A stretch of DNA of 64,000 bases. Origin: Tubulanus polymorphus. Taxonomy: Eukaryota; Animalia; Nemertea. The position numbers and the translations under genes are program-made. The stretch spans positions 13,182,957-13,246,956 of the forward strand of contig NC_134030.1 in assembly GCF_964204645.1 (NCBI RefSeq), in the 5' to 3' direction. The notes beneath the pieces are model-generated. The model had not been told where the DNA came from. It did no database searches and was given only the letters and a program-made list of their open reading frames with translations. Below are positions 33,715 to 48,064 of this stretch, piece by piece. Each line of letters starts with the position of its first letter. Within the stretch, counting starts at the first letter, position 1.

Positions 33715-36634
33715 CTAAACATATTGGGAAATGAGATAATTTTTTACAGTATTTCGAAACGACGAGATAGAATGACATAACTTCAGATTTTTCTGCACAC
33801 AGTTCCAGAGTTTTGGGCCTTTGTGGATTATTGTAAATTGCCTATAATTATGCTTTGTGAAAGTTACATCTAATTCATTACATCGACGTGTATTGTGGTT
33901 GTGTTTAACTTTGTTTGTAAATAAATTATTGTATCGCTTAGGAAGTAGCTCATTTATAGATTTAAACATGAAATTTTGAACTTGTTGATTATTGATATCG
34001 AATATTGTGAGTTGTTTCGTAGATTTGAATAATGGTCCTGAATGTTCTAGGTAATGTTTCTTATTTATTATGCGCATAGCTTTTTTCTGTAGGTTATAGA
34101 GATTGTTTAGTCTTGAGGGGTAGTTGTTTGCCCAGACGATATTACAGTATTGTAAGTGAGGTAATGCTAATGATTGATATATTGTTTTTAAGGTGTAATT
34201 AGGAAGTTTATGTTTTAGTTTGCTAAGGATAAAAAGTATTGTGCGAGATTTAATTTCAAATTGATGTATGTGGTGTTCCCAGGTGATTTTGTCGTCAATT
34301 ATAACGCCTAAAAATTTAATGGTCTTCGTTTTTTTAATTCTTCCCGAGAATAATAAAAGGTCGGTCTTATCGATATTCAAAGATAGTTTATTTGCGGAGA
34401 GCCACTTGCTTACTAATTTTAATTCATAGTTGATTTCGGTTTCGAGGGTTTTAGGACATCTATTACTGTGCATTAAACTTTTGTTGTCTGCAAAAAGGAT
34501 GGAGTCTAGGATTTTCGATGATTCTGTGATATCATTGATATATCAAAAATAATAGTGGCCCTAGGATTGATCCTTGTGGTACTCCTGTTTTAATGGCTTT
34601 AAAATCCGATAATGCTGAGTTAATGTTAGTTAGTTGATATCTATCTGTTAGATAACTCCTAAACCATGCATTTGGAATACCTCTAATCCCATAATGATTT
34701 AATTCAAACAATAAAATCGAATGATCTATTGTATCAAAGGCCTTTTTAAGGTCAAGTAAAACAAGTGCTGTAATTTTTCCATCTTCCATGTTTTTAGTGA
34801 TTTTGTCTAGTAATGTTATCAATGCTAAATCTGTAGAATATTTTTTTCGAAAGCCAAATTGTTTGTCGGAGAGAATCGCATGTTTAGTACAGAAGTTCGA
34901 TAGTCAATTATGCATGAGTTTTTCTAGAATTTTGGAAATAGAGGGGATAATTGAGATAGGACGATAATTTTTTGCTTCGCATGTGTCAACTGATTTAAAG
35001 ATAGGTACAACTCTAGCCGTTTTGAGTTTACTATGAACAGTTCCAGAATTTAATGACTTGTTGAAAATATGGCATAAAGGGGCTACGATTTCTGGTATAA
35101 CATATTTAATAATTTTCATGGGTATACCATCGGTGCCAGCAGTGTTTGAGCTTTTGAGTGTTCGTACTAAATCAATAATTTCTGTCTCGACTAATGGAAA
35201 TAGATAAAAGCTTGATGGGTTTTGATTAGGTAAAAAGTGTCGAACATCTTCGTTGCTGTTGATGCTGTTAGCAAGTTTGGGACCGACGTTAACAAAATAA
35301 TAATTGAATTCGTTGGCGATATCTTGTTCATTGATTATAGATCTAGAATTGGTTTAGAATCCGTAATTAGATTTTCCCATGGAACCAATTTTATTTATGA
35401 TTTTCCAAGTGTTTTTCTTATTGTTCTTCTGTGTTAAGAGATTTTGCTGGTAGTAGTTTTTCTCCGCCGTTTTAAGTAAATTATTGAGTTTATTTTTGTA
35501 ATTTAGATATTTATTCTTATCCCTGTCGGATTTGCCTTTTAAGAATATCTTATATAATCTTTGTTTAGTAGAAATTGACTTTAAGAGACCGACCGTAAGC
35601 CAGGGATTATGGGGTTTATTACTGTTGACTGAGAATTATTTTAGTGCAAAACTAGATTCAAATAATCCGATGAAAATGGCAAGGAATACGTTATAAGCGG
35701 TTTCGCAATCATCTTCATCCAGGACGCTAGTCCAATCTGACGCGGCTAGATTATTTTTAAAGTAAGCCATATTATTTTCGTTTATCGAACGATTAGTTAT
35801 TTCATATTTTGTATTGTTCATTTTAGTTGGTATTAGCGTAAAGATAGGTAGATGGTCGGAGATATCTGAAATGATCACCCCTGAGGTGTTGTTGTTGTAG
35901 ATTTTGTGTAAATATTGTCGATCAGAGAAGCTGTATAGTCAGTTATTCTAGTAGGTACATGGATGAGTGGTTAAAATCCTGTAGATATGACTCCGTTTAG
36001 AAATTTTGAGGTTTGGTGGCATTGATCACTCTTTCATAGATTTATGTTATAATCTCCTATAGATAGCACTCGGTTTTGCTCTTTTCAATAAGTTGGAGTA
36101 TTCTCTCAAATTCGGTATTGAAATTATCAATCTTTGTCCCTGGGGGTCTATCGTACCCAGTATAATATTCTTATTTTTACAGGATAATTCGATAAATAAA
36201 CATTCTAATACATGCGTATCATCAGAGATTAGACCCGATCGTAATTTGAAATTTACATCTTTTTTTATATAAAAACCAACACCACCACCGACAGAGTAAT
36301 CTCTGCTTAAAAATACATTATTATAAGCATGGTGGTTGTAAAAGGTGTCATTATCATGTTCAGGTTTCGTCCAAGTTTCAGAAACCGCTATTATCGTAGG
36401 ATATGAATTCAGGGAATCTAGTAAATAAGAGATTTTATCGAAATTAGCTGTTAAGCTTCTACAGTTGATGTGTACTAGACTTAAAGGAGACGAGCAGTTT
36501 AAAAGAGAGTTGAAAGTTTCTACATCGTAGTATTTGCACGGATTATCATCCGTTATAAATTCATCTATTAAATTAGGCATTGATTTGTAGTTAACAATGA
36601 ATTGAATTAACAATAACGATAGATTGAGATTCAA
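33715..36634 (-). pseudogene. CR1/L2-group LINE ORF2 (APE endonuclease plus RT), fragmented
   Basis: HINCRSL, IAVSETW, GGGVGFYI, SDHLPIF; NYRPISIIPSISKILEK, LDLKKAFDTIDH, GVPQGSILGPLLFLIY, KLSLNIDKT, KFLGVIIDDKITW. Confidence 0.92.
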
Positions 36635-36754
36635 TTTTTAGTTTTCTTTTCACTCGGCTTCTCGGCAGAAGTTGGGGTCTCTGATAGTGACCTTGTCTAA
36701 AGATTAAAGTAATTAAATAACAAAAACCGGAACATTAAGGAAGAAAACAAAGAA

Positions 36755-39700
36755 AACGCAGTCCCAAATGTTTTGTGACTTTCTCAAAATGTATCAAAAA
36801 TTTAACTAGTTTTTAGTTAATAAGTCCTCAAATATTCATTAATGAACAGTTAAAAATTGTTGAAACATGTCGACTCTGCCGTAAAATCAACCTATTAACG
36901 GTCCGGAATGTGGGATAATGTTCGGCTTTAGAGAACATAATGCCCCCGAGGTCTTCACATTTACAGAAAAGATTACGTAAGTGATTCACGCGCAGCGCGC
37001 GATAGGCGCACAATAGAAATCCGAGCCGCTCGTACTTTGAGTGTCGCCAATTAAGAGGACCGCTATTGTGAAAATTGACCTTGGGAGGAATATTCCTCCC
37101 AAGTCAATCGATGGAAACCTGACCAAGGGGTCCGATATTCTAACAATTGACTTCGGGAGGAATATTCCTCCCAAGGTCAAACGTAAAGAATTTTACCTTC
37201 AGGTCTGATATTCAAAGTATCGACTTCGGGAGGACCTGGTCTGTTATTCGAAATATGGACTTTGGGATGAATGTTCTTTCAAACCACTAAACGCTAAAAA
37301 CCTGAGCTTATATTAATTATATTGGTGTAATATCATTGTTTTTAATAAGTAGTATACTATAGCGACGACACCAGACATATTTAGGCAATTTGAGTGATAA
37401 TGTACACGGTATTTGAGGGTCTGCGACGAATGATTTTTAGAAAGTTGAATAGCTGTAGTGCAGGTTCTACTAATATAGTCTTCGCATCGCAATCAGTTGT
37501 TAGAATGCATCTTCCTTTTGCTTTACTTGATCTTGAGTCTTTGACTAGTTACATTTTTTCTTGATTGATTGACGATCAAATTATATTGTTAGTCAAATCA
37601 CTTATTTTTCAACTGCAAATTCACACTTGATATTGATATTAATAATCAATATTACTTATTTTATTATAAAGCGCAATGCTGCAAATTGTAATCGGTGTCC
37701 TTTGCATGAGTATAAAATTAACACAAGCTGAAAAAATCGCAATTTAAATACGTGGATGATAAAAATCAAGTTAAAAGGTGTAGGGGCGGAGAGATCTGGC
37801 GAAAAAATACCGGCAATGGGCGCAAAATGGACCCGTACCTAATTGCCCGACCAAAAACGACGGACCAGACCTGAGTCAAATTAAGCGTGTTAATTTGAAC
37901 TGGTTCTGGAAGTCGGTCACTTCGCTTTGTTTAAGTATGGACTCGTTTTAGATTCCATGGTTTAAGCATTGTTTAGTTTCGAATGAATGGAATTGAATTT
38001 GAATGTGAAATGAATTTGAACATGAAAATCGGCGCAATCTTTGGTAAGCCATGCGTAAAACTTAAGTCGGACCTGATTCGAGCCAATTTAGCCCCGACAA
38101 ATCTTCTCTATAGCCGCGACACAAACGTGCAAATTTGGCCCGGAACAACTGTTCACACGGGTGCCAAATGGGCCCGAGCCTGTATGCCCCGACCAAAAAC
38201 GTCGGACCAGGCCCGAGCCTAATTTTGACACCAGACAAATGAAGCGTTTGAATTGCAACTGGGACCTGAAATGATCCACTTCGCTTTGTTTGAGCATTGT
38301 TTAGTATCGAGTGAATGGTTTGCGTGTGAAGGCGCTCTCTACTTAGGCACGGGCCAAATTCGGCCAGAGCCTGATCGGTGCCAATTTGGCCCGGCCTGAA
38401 TCGTCTCCGTGTGATCGCGGCTTATGTGATCCCGGCTTATGTGGGTCATGAGTGATGAGAGAAATCTTCCCCTTTATGTTTGCAAATTAGCCATTGTCCT
38501 AGTTTTAACTTCTGATTTGTACCCTGTATAGGGGTTTATATTTCTGTTTGTACTCTTTCATAGAAATACGACGGATATCAAATGGGATCTTTGATTAAAG
38601 ACACTGTAGACCGGTACACACCAATATGTCCATCCATCTGACCTACGAGCAATCATCTCATTAATGAGATAATTGCTCGTAAATCCGACAGCTACCTTTT
38701 ACAACTAGAAATATATTAGATCAGATTCCTAATAATGAAATAATTGCTATTAAGAATATGTTATTAATTATGAATAAATTCAAAAAGAATTGACGAAATA
38801 TATTGCTTTGAATGGCCTTTAGATATTGGATAGGGCGATTTTGAATTATTTTGGGGAATTTTATCAAGAAGCTCAAAACCCCCTAAGGCGATAAAGTGTT
38901 TAAGGCAGATCTTTCCCGATTATGGTCCCACCATACTATTATGAAACTATTATGTATAAACACCTCAAAATTAACGTAACGACTGAGTGACGTCCTGTTG
39001 CACAAGCTATATTACACCATGCTAAAAGGCCTATTATAGTCGAGTTGGATTTCTCGATGTATAAATGCAGGGAGGGTCGGGAGCTTTACGTTCAATAACA
39101 TTAGGTTCCTATAAATGTTTGATCTATGGATTTCAAAATAAAAGAAAAATCTACGTTAATCGTGATATCTGTTTCATTACTCGTGATAATTCGGGGAATC
39201 TCTGCAATAAAATTTGACGATTTCAAAACTATTACAAAATGAGCAAATTGCGAATCTTAGTGATATTTGCTAACAGTATCAATTCTAGCGTATATGCGAA
39301 TTTGTGTGATATGTAATAAGTATCGTAGCGAATAATCAATGAGAAAAGTATCTACCGTAGCTAGATATGACAATTAAAAATCCCATATCCAGAATACCTC
39401 CCTCAAAATACCTTCATCCGTTCAAAAATAGATCCCCCTGGTAAATATTTCCTATGTAGAAATTTAAAAAATCTAAACCCTAGGTAAACATGGTAAACAT
39501 ACCCTGTGTATAAATTCCCAAATATTAAATAATCCCTTGGTGATTGTCAAGAACATAAAAGTTTTGTTATAAAAATGAAGACAGAAGAAGAAGAACCCAA
39601 ATTCAAAATCGAAATCAATGAAACCAATAAATTATTTTCACAGTTTAACATTAAGAATTATATTTCAGCAACAAATTTAGTGTACGCAAGACACTATAAA

Positions 39701-42700
39701 ATTAATAATGTTCCTGTAATTAATCAAATATTATCAAATGAAAAATATTTAATTACTGAACTAGTAGATACTTTTGATATTGGTGCTAAAAAATCCTAAA
39801 ACTTCATATGAGGGTATTCTGGGTGGAGGGATTCTGGTTGTGGGATTTTGGACGGAGGTATTTTGGGCGGAGGTAATATGGGCGCATCCTGTCAAGAATA
39901 TTTCAAAGCACGATGTTTCTCCAATTTAATTCATTTGCAATGAGACTGAAATTTGTTTGAACTTTTTAATGAAATCTTTCGTTGCGATAAATTCTTAAGG
40001 ATAAAATAAATTGTAAAAATTAATAAGAGTAATAAACTTTTATTTGTAATATCTTAAGATTCGAACTGGAATATTTTTGAACTGCGGACTCTTGTTAACT
40101 TGTGGTGTATTTCAGCTGTGCGATGCCATGAATTATTAGAAATAATGTACTTTTGATATTAAATATTTTAGATTCAAGCTAGTGTAATATATTTGAAATG
40201 TGCGATGAGCCCCTTTACTAAGCTGTGCAATAACTACATGTATATGTACTAATTTAGTATCAATGATACGTTAATTTGTAGTATGTTTTAATTCAAATAG
40301 CATATTTTGTATGTGCACAATGATATCGTTATGGTGTTCGACAGTAAAATATGAATACATTGGATATACGTATCAATAATACGAATTAATTGACCTTAAG
40401 ATTGTATCAACTTATAACCCCATCAAAGGGAGGGGATTACCTACTTCGAAGAATTGGCGATTTTTACCGAGGGGATTTTTACCTAGGGTATATTTACTTA
40501 GGCGATTTTTACCGCTAACCCTTAGCAATGCACTGTAATGAACAATTTACTTTGTTTTGCTAAATTAACTACTTGTAATCAATTCACTATAGAACTGTGG
40601 TCGATCCTAACAAAGAGTCCGGCCTGCTATTCTAAACTTCAGTGGACAAAAATCTCTTAAATGGTATCATGTGTGTGTAGAACGTTTGGGCGAAGGTATT
40701 ATCCCCCGGTTTCACGCGTAAAACAAACAGAAAAAATATTTTCAAACATAGGTCATCGCATTATAGAAATTGAACTGTTGACAAATTGTATTAAATCTCT
40801 ATAGATGAAACACTTTTAAGGAAAACGCATTATGTTTGTAGTTTCTTTATATCTACAATTGACTGTGCGCCTCGGGCTCAGTCAACTCGTCATCTCCATG
40901 ATTGAAATATTTGATTATGCAGTCCTATCCAAAGTAGCGTAAATGCATACAAGCGAATAATTTGTTGTATCCAAAGGTTTTTGTTACCGGCTCGTCTACA
41001 CGGTATGGTCGAAATTCCCCGGTAAAAATCCCCTAAGAATACCCATTAAAGAGCTTATGACTTGCTGTCGCTGGCATGTTTTCGTTTGTATTGCGAAATT
41101 AAGTCCAAAATAACTGGAATCGTTATAAAAGGATTTCCGTGAAAATTTTAAATTTTCCCCTACACGTCAACAAATGCCTTTCAAATCAAGATAGATTCCT
41201 CATGCGTAAAAACGATTGTAGCAATTTTTCAGTTTTATTTATCTATGGTTTGATACGTCAAGATTTCAGTAAAAAGGGGGACGTCATCGTTTATGTTAGC
41301 GAAATTCAGTATATAAGCAAGCTGACAAGAACAAGCCACTGAATTTTATCGGGTTAGGCTTTGTATAGCTCATTATCTATAGAAAGTCAGTGATTAAGTC
41401 CTAAGTAAATATTGCTCAATTAAAGAGAATTCATTAGTCGATGAACAATGTATAAGCGATGACAGGCCTATGAGGCACCCGTAAATCAAAAATGTATCTC
41501 ATGGATTTCGCTTTGAATTGTTAAACTTCACTGGACATTGGTGGATGCTGAATATCACGAACAACGAAACATATATCTCATACAAACGTTGATCGTCTTT
41601 TTTATCTTTCTTCATTCCAATAATAATCAATCGATTTTTAAGTCGATCTGATTACCAGGATAGCGACTATATGCGTTTGTGCTTTTAATCAACTAGTTTC
41701 CGAATCCGTGATATGTCAATCAAAAAATACTTTTTAAGTCGAGAAAAAGTAAGATGCATTCTATCAACTAATTTCATTGTAAAGACTATAATGCTTCGTA
41801 TATGAATCAATACTAAAGCATTCATACCGCAGGCCACTTAATCGTTAGCTTGATTGTGAAAGGTGTTTAAACATAATGGTCACATGAGTAATTAAATGGT
41901 TGTGTCACAAAGGGAGAAGTCTGCCTTAGGCATATTATCCCGATATCTGAGTTCTGGGCTTAGTTACACATGTGTAGAATGAATTTTATCCGATATTTTT
42001 GTAACATAATGTTTTCTCTCTGAAAATTCCTGACGTTTTCTGGGTGCTAACGTTCAGCGGCTAGTAGGCTGGATTGTATTTTCCCTTATTTCATAGATCC
42101 CCATGCATATAAATTTGAGCTGAACTGAATGGGAACTGAGTTCCGTTAGGAGTAAAAACCTCGTTATTGACTCCTATTTCTCAATTGTATATAAAGGAGT
42201 AAAGAAAGAAACAAACCCTCATACCGAACACACTTTTACGTATAAATGAGAATAATGCACACTAGGACAAAGGCTAATTTGCGACCTTAAATGAAAGAAA
42301 TCCGACTCAAATATCTTTATCAAGCGTGACACGCGAATCTCCTATTAACGCTAGTAATGAGAGAAGAATCCACACGAATGAAATGTATCAGCTTCATTAT
42401 GATCTTTAATCCTCGAATGACGATTCTTAATTAACACAAAACACTTAATATAAATGATTTGTATCGATTACTATAGAACTTCCAATTAAAGAATGCATTT
42501 ATGAAATTACGTCCATTGACTCTGAAAATGAACCTTTAAACCCGTAAATTAGCTAAACTCGTGTCGTATTAAGCTATTTAGATTCATCGCAGCAGTCTTG
42601 TGAAAATTTATAAGCAGTCCATATATATTCCGTGTATAATCAAAACGTAATTTCTAAGCTATGCACGTGTTTTAATTACGATTTCCCCTCTACTTGTTTA

Positions 42701-43430
42701 TCAAGAAGCGCCTGATTACAATCTGATTACAATTCATTGTCGACAAAGTTACAGCAATTTACTGTTAGACAAAGAAAATACTAAATCTATTAAGTTTTTT
42801 AAAATTGTATGTATGTCTCATACTGTCTCATTACCTAGAACACTGTGTATCGTATCACTCGAAATTCATAAATCTATCTGGCTTTTGGGTACTGTTTAAA
42901 AAGTAAACAACAAATTTCACCCAAAACACCAATACCTACCCTTCTAAAAATTCAGGTTATAGCGTTTAGTGGTGGGAGGAATATTCCTCCCTAAATCTAT
43001 ATACTTTGAATCTAAGACTCAGGTCTATTTTCCTTTAGTTGACATATGACAATATTTCGAATATCAGACCAGGTCCATTTTCCTTCGTTTGATATAGGGA
43101 GGAACATTCCTCCCGAAGTCAATACTTTGAATATCAGACCTGAAGGTCAAATTCTCTTCGTTTGACCTTGGGAGGAATATTCCTCCCAAAGTCAATTGTT
43201 TGAATATCGAACCCCTTGGTCAAGTTTCCATCGATTGACTTTGGGAGGAATATTCCTCCCAAGGTCAATTTTCAGAATAGCGGTCCTCTTAATTGGTGAC
43301 ACTCAAAGAACGCGCGGCTCAGATTTCTATTGTGCGCCTATCGCGCGCTGCGCTTGAATCACTTACGTAATCTTTTCTGTAAATGTGAAGACCTCGGGGA
43401 CATTATGTTCTCTAAAGCCCGACATTATCC
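36755..43430. mobile_element. Second, diverged copy of the foldback element; right TIR truncated
   Basis: Starts AACGCAGTCCCAAATG; interior is colinear with 26576-32654; the right TIR stops at CCCGACATTATCC. Confidence 0.85.
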
Positions 43431-43454
43431 TAGTCCTAGTCCTTGGACTAAGTA

Positions 43455-43704
43455 TAGTAACACTGACGTCATTATGAATCTCTCCTCAGCTACGCTCTCA
43501 ATATGTCAACTTCAACTTCTTGGATTCGGTTTGAATTTCTCTCTACCCCACCGTAAGTCGAATATCCTGGATTTTATGTCTGTTTTAGAACTTCGAAAAA
43601 ACTCGTCGTCTCATTTGGACTATAGTTTTTTGTTTATGAACTTACAAACTATCTGTGATAATCTTCGGAATAACTATTCTGAATTCTTTTCGTCTAACCA
43701 ATAA
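43455..43704 (+). pseudogene. Penelope-like element ORF, N-terminal fragment
   Basis: VIMNLSSATLSICQLQLLGFGLNFSLP fits the NLS...LL..GLNF..P motif found upstream of PLE RT. Confidence 0.55.
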
Positions 43705-44240
43705 TATCCAATTCGAATGAACCAATTTGCAAAAATAGTTAGGACAAAGTTGTTTTCGTTCGAACAAGCTGTTTTTGTCCATACAAAATGTTTTTCGTTC
43801 GAACGATTGTTCGATTGAACAGAATCGTTTTCATTCTCATGTCAGAATGTTAAGTTTTCCGTTCGAACAAGTATATTGTAAAAAGTCTTTCAATCGAACA
43901 GAATTATTTCGAAACAAAATTGTTTTCACTCGACAACATTTTTGGTCGGGAAAAAAAGTTTTTCTCTTCAACAATAACATAGCGTTTTATTCGAACAAAT
44001 TTTTCGTCAGAACGATGAAAAGTTTTCATTTGAACAAAAAGGATATTGTTCTATCAAACGTAATTTTTTTCATTCGAACAAGATTTTCTTGTCGAAACAT
44101 CAAGTTTTTTGTTCGAACAGATAAATTGTTCGATCGAAGCGTTTTTCGTTCCAAAGAGCAAAATTCTGGTGGAACTAAGTAGTCTTTTCGTTACAATCAG
44201 TATACTTTATTGGAACAAAATAATCCTCCCATTCGAACAC
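43705..44240. repeat. Degenerate tandem repeat (about 20-22-bp TTCGTTCGAACAA units)
   Basis: Recurrent TTCGAAC cores separated by T-rich spacers. Confidence 0.7.
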
Positions 44241-44559
44241 AAAGGTATAATCTGAACCTGGGTTTTCTTTTTCCAAGATCCATATGCCTTTCAGGTTGAA
44301 GCCCGTCTTCCATGTTTCTAACCATGAACGGAACACACCCCGAATACCATAGTGATCTAATTTACCGAGCAGAATTGTGTGGTTGACCGTGTCGAATGCC
44401 GTCTTTAGGTCTAAGAAAATGCCTATGGCTGAATATTCTTTATCAAGGTATGATGTTAGGGTGTCTGTTAGGGTATTTCACCTTATAATCCTTTTTTAAC
44501 TATGAAATAAGTAATTCTTTTTTTCCCGCATATTTCCCGCGTGACCTCGAAGCGTCATG

Positions 44560-44990
44560 CAAGAAATTTTATAAGATTATCAACAATTGTTTTGAGACGA
44601 GTTTTCAAATTAAAACTATGCGTGATGAATCAAATGATCATAAGCCGTGGATTACCACAGGGATAAAAGAATCGATTCGTTTCAAGGAAAAACTCTAAAA
44701 AAAAGTATTTACGAAAACGGAAGAGAGGAAAGGTAAATACAATAAACACAGAAATATTTTACAGAGACAAATTTATAGCGTTTAAATCGAACCCGGGCAA
44801 ATATGGCGAAACGTCAATTCTACTTAATAAAGGTAAACAAAAACCTGAAATTAACTCAGAATTTCTTTTTAATGATTAAGTTAAAAAAAATGAGCAAGAA
44901 ATTGCTGAAAGTTTCAATGAATATTTTGTAAACCTTGCGCGGCCATTGGAAGCTCAAATACCAGTTTCTGAAGAAAACTTTAAGAAAAAA
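44560..44990 (+). pseudogene. LINE ORF2 linker fragment
   Basis: KPWITTGIKESIRFKEKL and EIAESFNEYFVNLA motifs. Confidence 0.65.
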
Positions 44991-45065
44991 TTATTTAGGT
45001 ATTTAAATAATATAAACGCAACTATCACAATCTTCACGGTGAAAATGAGTTTATTTACATGTTAT

Positions 45066-45110
45066 ACGTTTCGATCGATTTCGACTCATCGCTTCGAGTC
45101 CTTTTCAAGA
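45066..45110 (-). ncRNA. Degenerate hammerhead-like motif in the Penelope 3' region
   Basis: Minus strand CTTGAAAAG-GACTC-GAAGCGAT-GAGTC-GAAA; the core deviates from CUGANGA. Confidence 0.35.
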
Positions 45111-45401
45111 AATGACATGAAAAGATACAAACTATACAAAATGTACTATTACTAATTACAGAGGATATCATGCAGGCTTCAAGTGGCCTAGTTAACAAAG
45201 TACAAATGGATAATAAACACATCGGAATACGCTCAGTAAAAATGAGACACCATGTGTGGAAAGTTGTTTGTTAATACTTGGTTTTTTTAGGTTTTGTATA
45301 TAGTGCCTCTTTGATGGTGATTTCAAAGTCATTTTTGCCAGAATCAGTGATTGAAAAGTGGTTTTTTAAAGAAAACTTTGATGCACAATTTTTACATGAT
45401 G

Positions 45402-46088
45402 TTAAAAAGCATATGCCATCAAAATAGAATATTGTGTAAAATTCATTTTCAAATGTGATGTTTTCACAAATATCATATATGGAACTGGTTTGAATTTTAG
45501 TTCAGCCATTATTGAGAAATATGCCTTTTAAATTGACAATTTCAGCACGTGCTCATTGTTATTGTTTATCTTAGCAGGTGCGTGTTTCTGACGTCATCTC
45601 TGACAAAAGCTCGCGGCTTCCAGTCATTTCACTAGACAGATCATGCCGTATTTTATCGTTTTGGGAGTGATTTGAATAAATAAACTCTTACCATTGTATG
45701 GTGTTGCTACCGTTGTATATGCCATAATAATAGTATAAAAAGTGAGTAGCACTGTAGGTCAGTGAATACGGTGAACAAATGATGTTCATTTTAACGATTA
45801 TACATAGCCTACGCGTACTAGCGCGCACATGTGCTTGTGTTGATTGTCATAGTTAACATCACAAATAGCGCCACCCACGGTTAACATCACAAATAGCACC
45901 ATCCACGGGTTGAATATGAACTATACGCACGCAGTGAAGGATAAATAGATGAATATTCCGCTAACTATTACGGCTAATTCGTGCTCCTTTTTTCAATAAG
46001 TCACATCTCAGGTCGTTATATGTATACTAAAGTTTCTTCTGGTTAAGAAATCGCGAAAAGTACAATTTTGATGGCATTTGCCCTTTAA
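45402..46088. mobile_element. Non-autonomous TTAA-flanked DNA transposon (Kolobok-like)
   Basis: TTAA-AAAGCATATGCCATCAAAAT...ATTTTGATGGCATTTGCCCT-TTAA; splits the Penelope ORF. Confidence 0.7.
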
Positions 46089-46625
46089 ATGTTCCTTAAT
46101 TGTTGAGGGCTAAGTTCCATGCTCCTTTACCCTTGTGGCCAAATGTCGCATTGTTTAACCAATGTATGTGTTATTTGCATCACGCAAATATTTGAATTTA
46201 TAAATTACATTGGCCAACAAGGGGGGAGGAGTGTAGGGTGAAAAGTAGTTCCTAATTTCTAAAGAAGTTAAGACAATACGGCTATCCACGTTGTAATATT
46301 GTTTGAATAGACTCTTGAGTTTTCTGCTAGATATAATCGAAGGGAGACCTATGTAAGGAACGAAAAAAAGTGTTTCGACCTTATCTTCCTTGACCATACT
46401 AGCGCGAGTATCATCACTACATTTGTTATTCAAAAATCTTCTTAGACACTAATTAAAGAAATCTTGTGGGTAGCCATTTTTGTGGAAAACGTTTTTGAGA
46501 AAATCAATTTCTTGTGAGAAAACAAGCCAACAAAAATGGTTTAAGAACACACGTCACCAATTTTTAAAAAACTCAAAATAATTGTGTGTTCTGACTTCAA
46601 GTCTAATTTAGATCTATATTTATAC

Positions 46626-47866
46626 TGATCCACAGCTAGATTTTCGTAGTATTTAGAAATGTTCTTAATGTTGTTTCCGTATGCGTGGGGGTTACGTTAA
46701 GGCCGTCAGACAAGAACGTACTAGTAGTAAGAATTACGAAAGTTCTTGTTTGATGCTTTCATCTACCAACGCAAACCATAAATCAGTCTATAAACAACAA
46801 TTCTTTCTCGGTTCTTCTGCTGTGAGATCTGGCAAACATTCAGAAAATCTTTATATAAAACTTTTAAATAGTTGGAACCATATTTGGTTGGGTCGGAACA
46901 ATGGAGTGAATTTATAATGAGGCTCGTGAAGGGATCACGCTGATACTTGATGATATTCCCGGCTACTTTCCGTAAAAGGAAAAACCGGAAGTTTAGGAAG
47001 ATGTGGTTGTTTTGCTTATCCTGTATTAAAATAGAATTAGTTAAATTGTAGATAAAATAATTAGTATAAGTATTTCAAATAATTTAAGAATTGATAATCA
47101 ATCACAATGTATTCCGAATCGTAGTTAATTATAATAATTAAAAAAGAAACAATGAATTTGTACTGTAATTAGAAAAGAAAACAAAGTTTTGAAAAGATAT
47201 TTAATTTGAGTAATCTAGATGTTGTTTAAGAACAAATTGTTAATAATCGCTAATGTTTTAGAAAAATTAATTTGTGTTAAATGTTAAAACTAGCTGTCTG
47301 AAGTTTCTGTTGTCTGTATGCGCTCGTTGGTAATTCACAGACAATAGCTGCTCTCTCAACAACGACTAGCAAGGAGTGAGTAAATCACAACGCGTCATGA
47401 CAGGAGGGTTGGAAGGAAAAAGTTAGTTTAGCAAATCAGTTTTGAAAATAATTTTAGATCAGCGAATCATTAAGGCCAAATTCTATATGACCAAAACAGT
47501 CATGACAGTAAGGTTGCTGCTCCTTGCCAAAAGTCGAGTGGGAGAGTCGGTATTTTAAGAATGCCGATTCTTTCTATAAAAGGGCCCGCATCTTGAGAGA
47601 GCAGTCACTCGGGAGAATCTGTACCTTAGTAAGACGAGTGTCGACAGCAGGACAGGTGAAGCTTCGGAACGATAGGGATTCATATACAATAGGGATTAGG
47701 AAAATCATTCTTTGTTCAAGGTAAATAAAATATATTATCTTCAATATTATCATCCGGTATTTCAATTTATTCATTCGGATTTGTGCACGGACACGTTCTC
47801 TCGCCAGGGCCTTACTCAAGTATTTTATAGATAACGATTAAAGAGAGGATTGTGACCGGCGTATCA
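46626..47866 (+). repeat. 5' LTR of element A
   Basis: Direct repeat of 50751-52011. Confidence 0.95.
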
Positions 47867-47867
47867 C

Positions 47868-47912
47868 TGGTGCGAAACCCGGGATATTGGTGTAACACTG
47901 GTGCCGAAACCC
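47868..47912 (+). promoter_or_regulatory. Duplicated tRNA-Phe primer-binding site
   Basis: TGGTGCGAAACCCGGGA (47868) and TGGTGCCGAAACCC (47899). Confidence 0.85.
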
Positions 47913-48064
47913 ATCCTGTTTAGTTCAGTTGTGCCGGAAACTTTTGCATTAGTAATTAATTGTTGTTCAAATGGTACACATTTTTATATGCTCACATTGT
48001 GGTGCGAAGAACGCATTTTCTAAGAAGCGCCGCGCTACAACCAGCCCGACATTCGAAAAGCTAC

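Larger units (their letters stand above)
45020..46530 (-). mobile_element. Penelope-like retroelement 3' part (RT thumb plus GIY-YIG), interrupted by a TTAA MITE
   Basis: VFHKNGYP, VPYIG, VIYKF...TYIG*T.RHLATRVKEH; resumes below 45401 as SCKNC...FEITIKEALY...KPSINKQ. Confidence 0.8.

Noticed and set aside
43775-44182. 135-aa ORF
   Set aside because: It is a translation of a degenerate tandem repeat.
46681-47819. Duplicated small ORFs (78, 66 and 81 aa; also the 115-aa ORFs at 56539 and 62290)
   Set aside because: They are identical only because they lie in LTR pairs; no coding signal.
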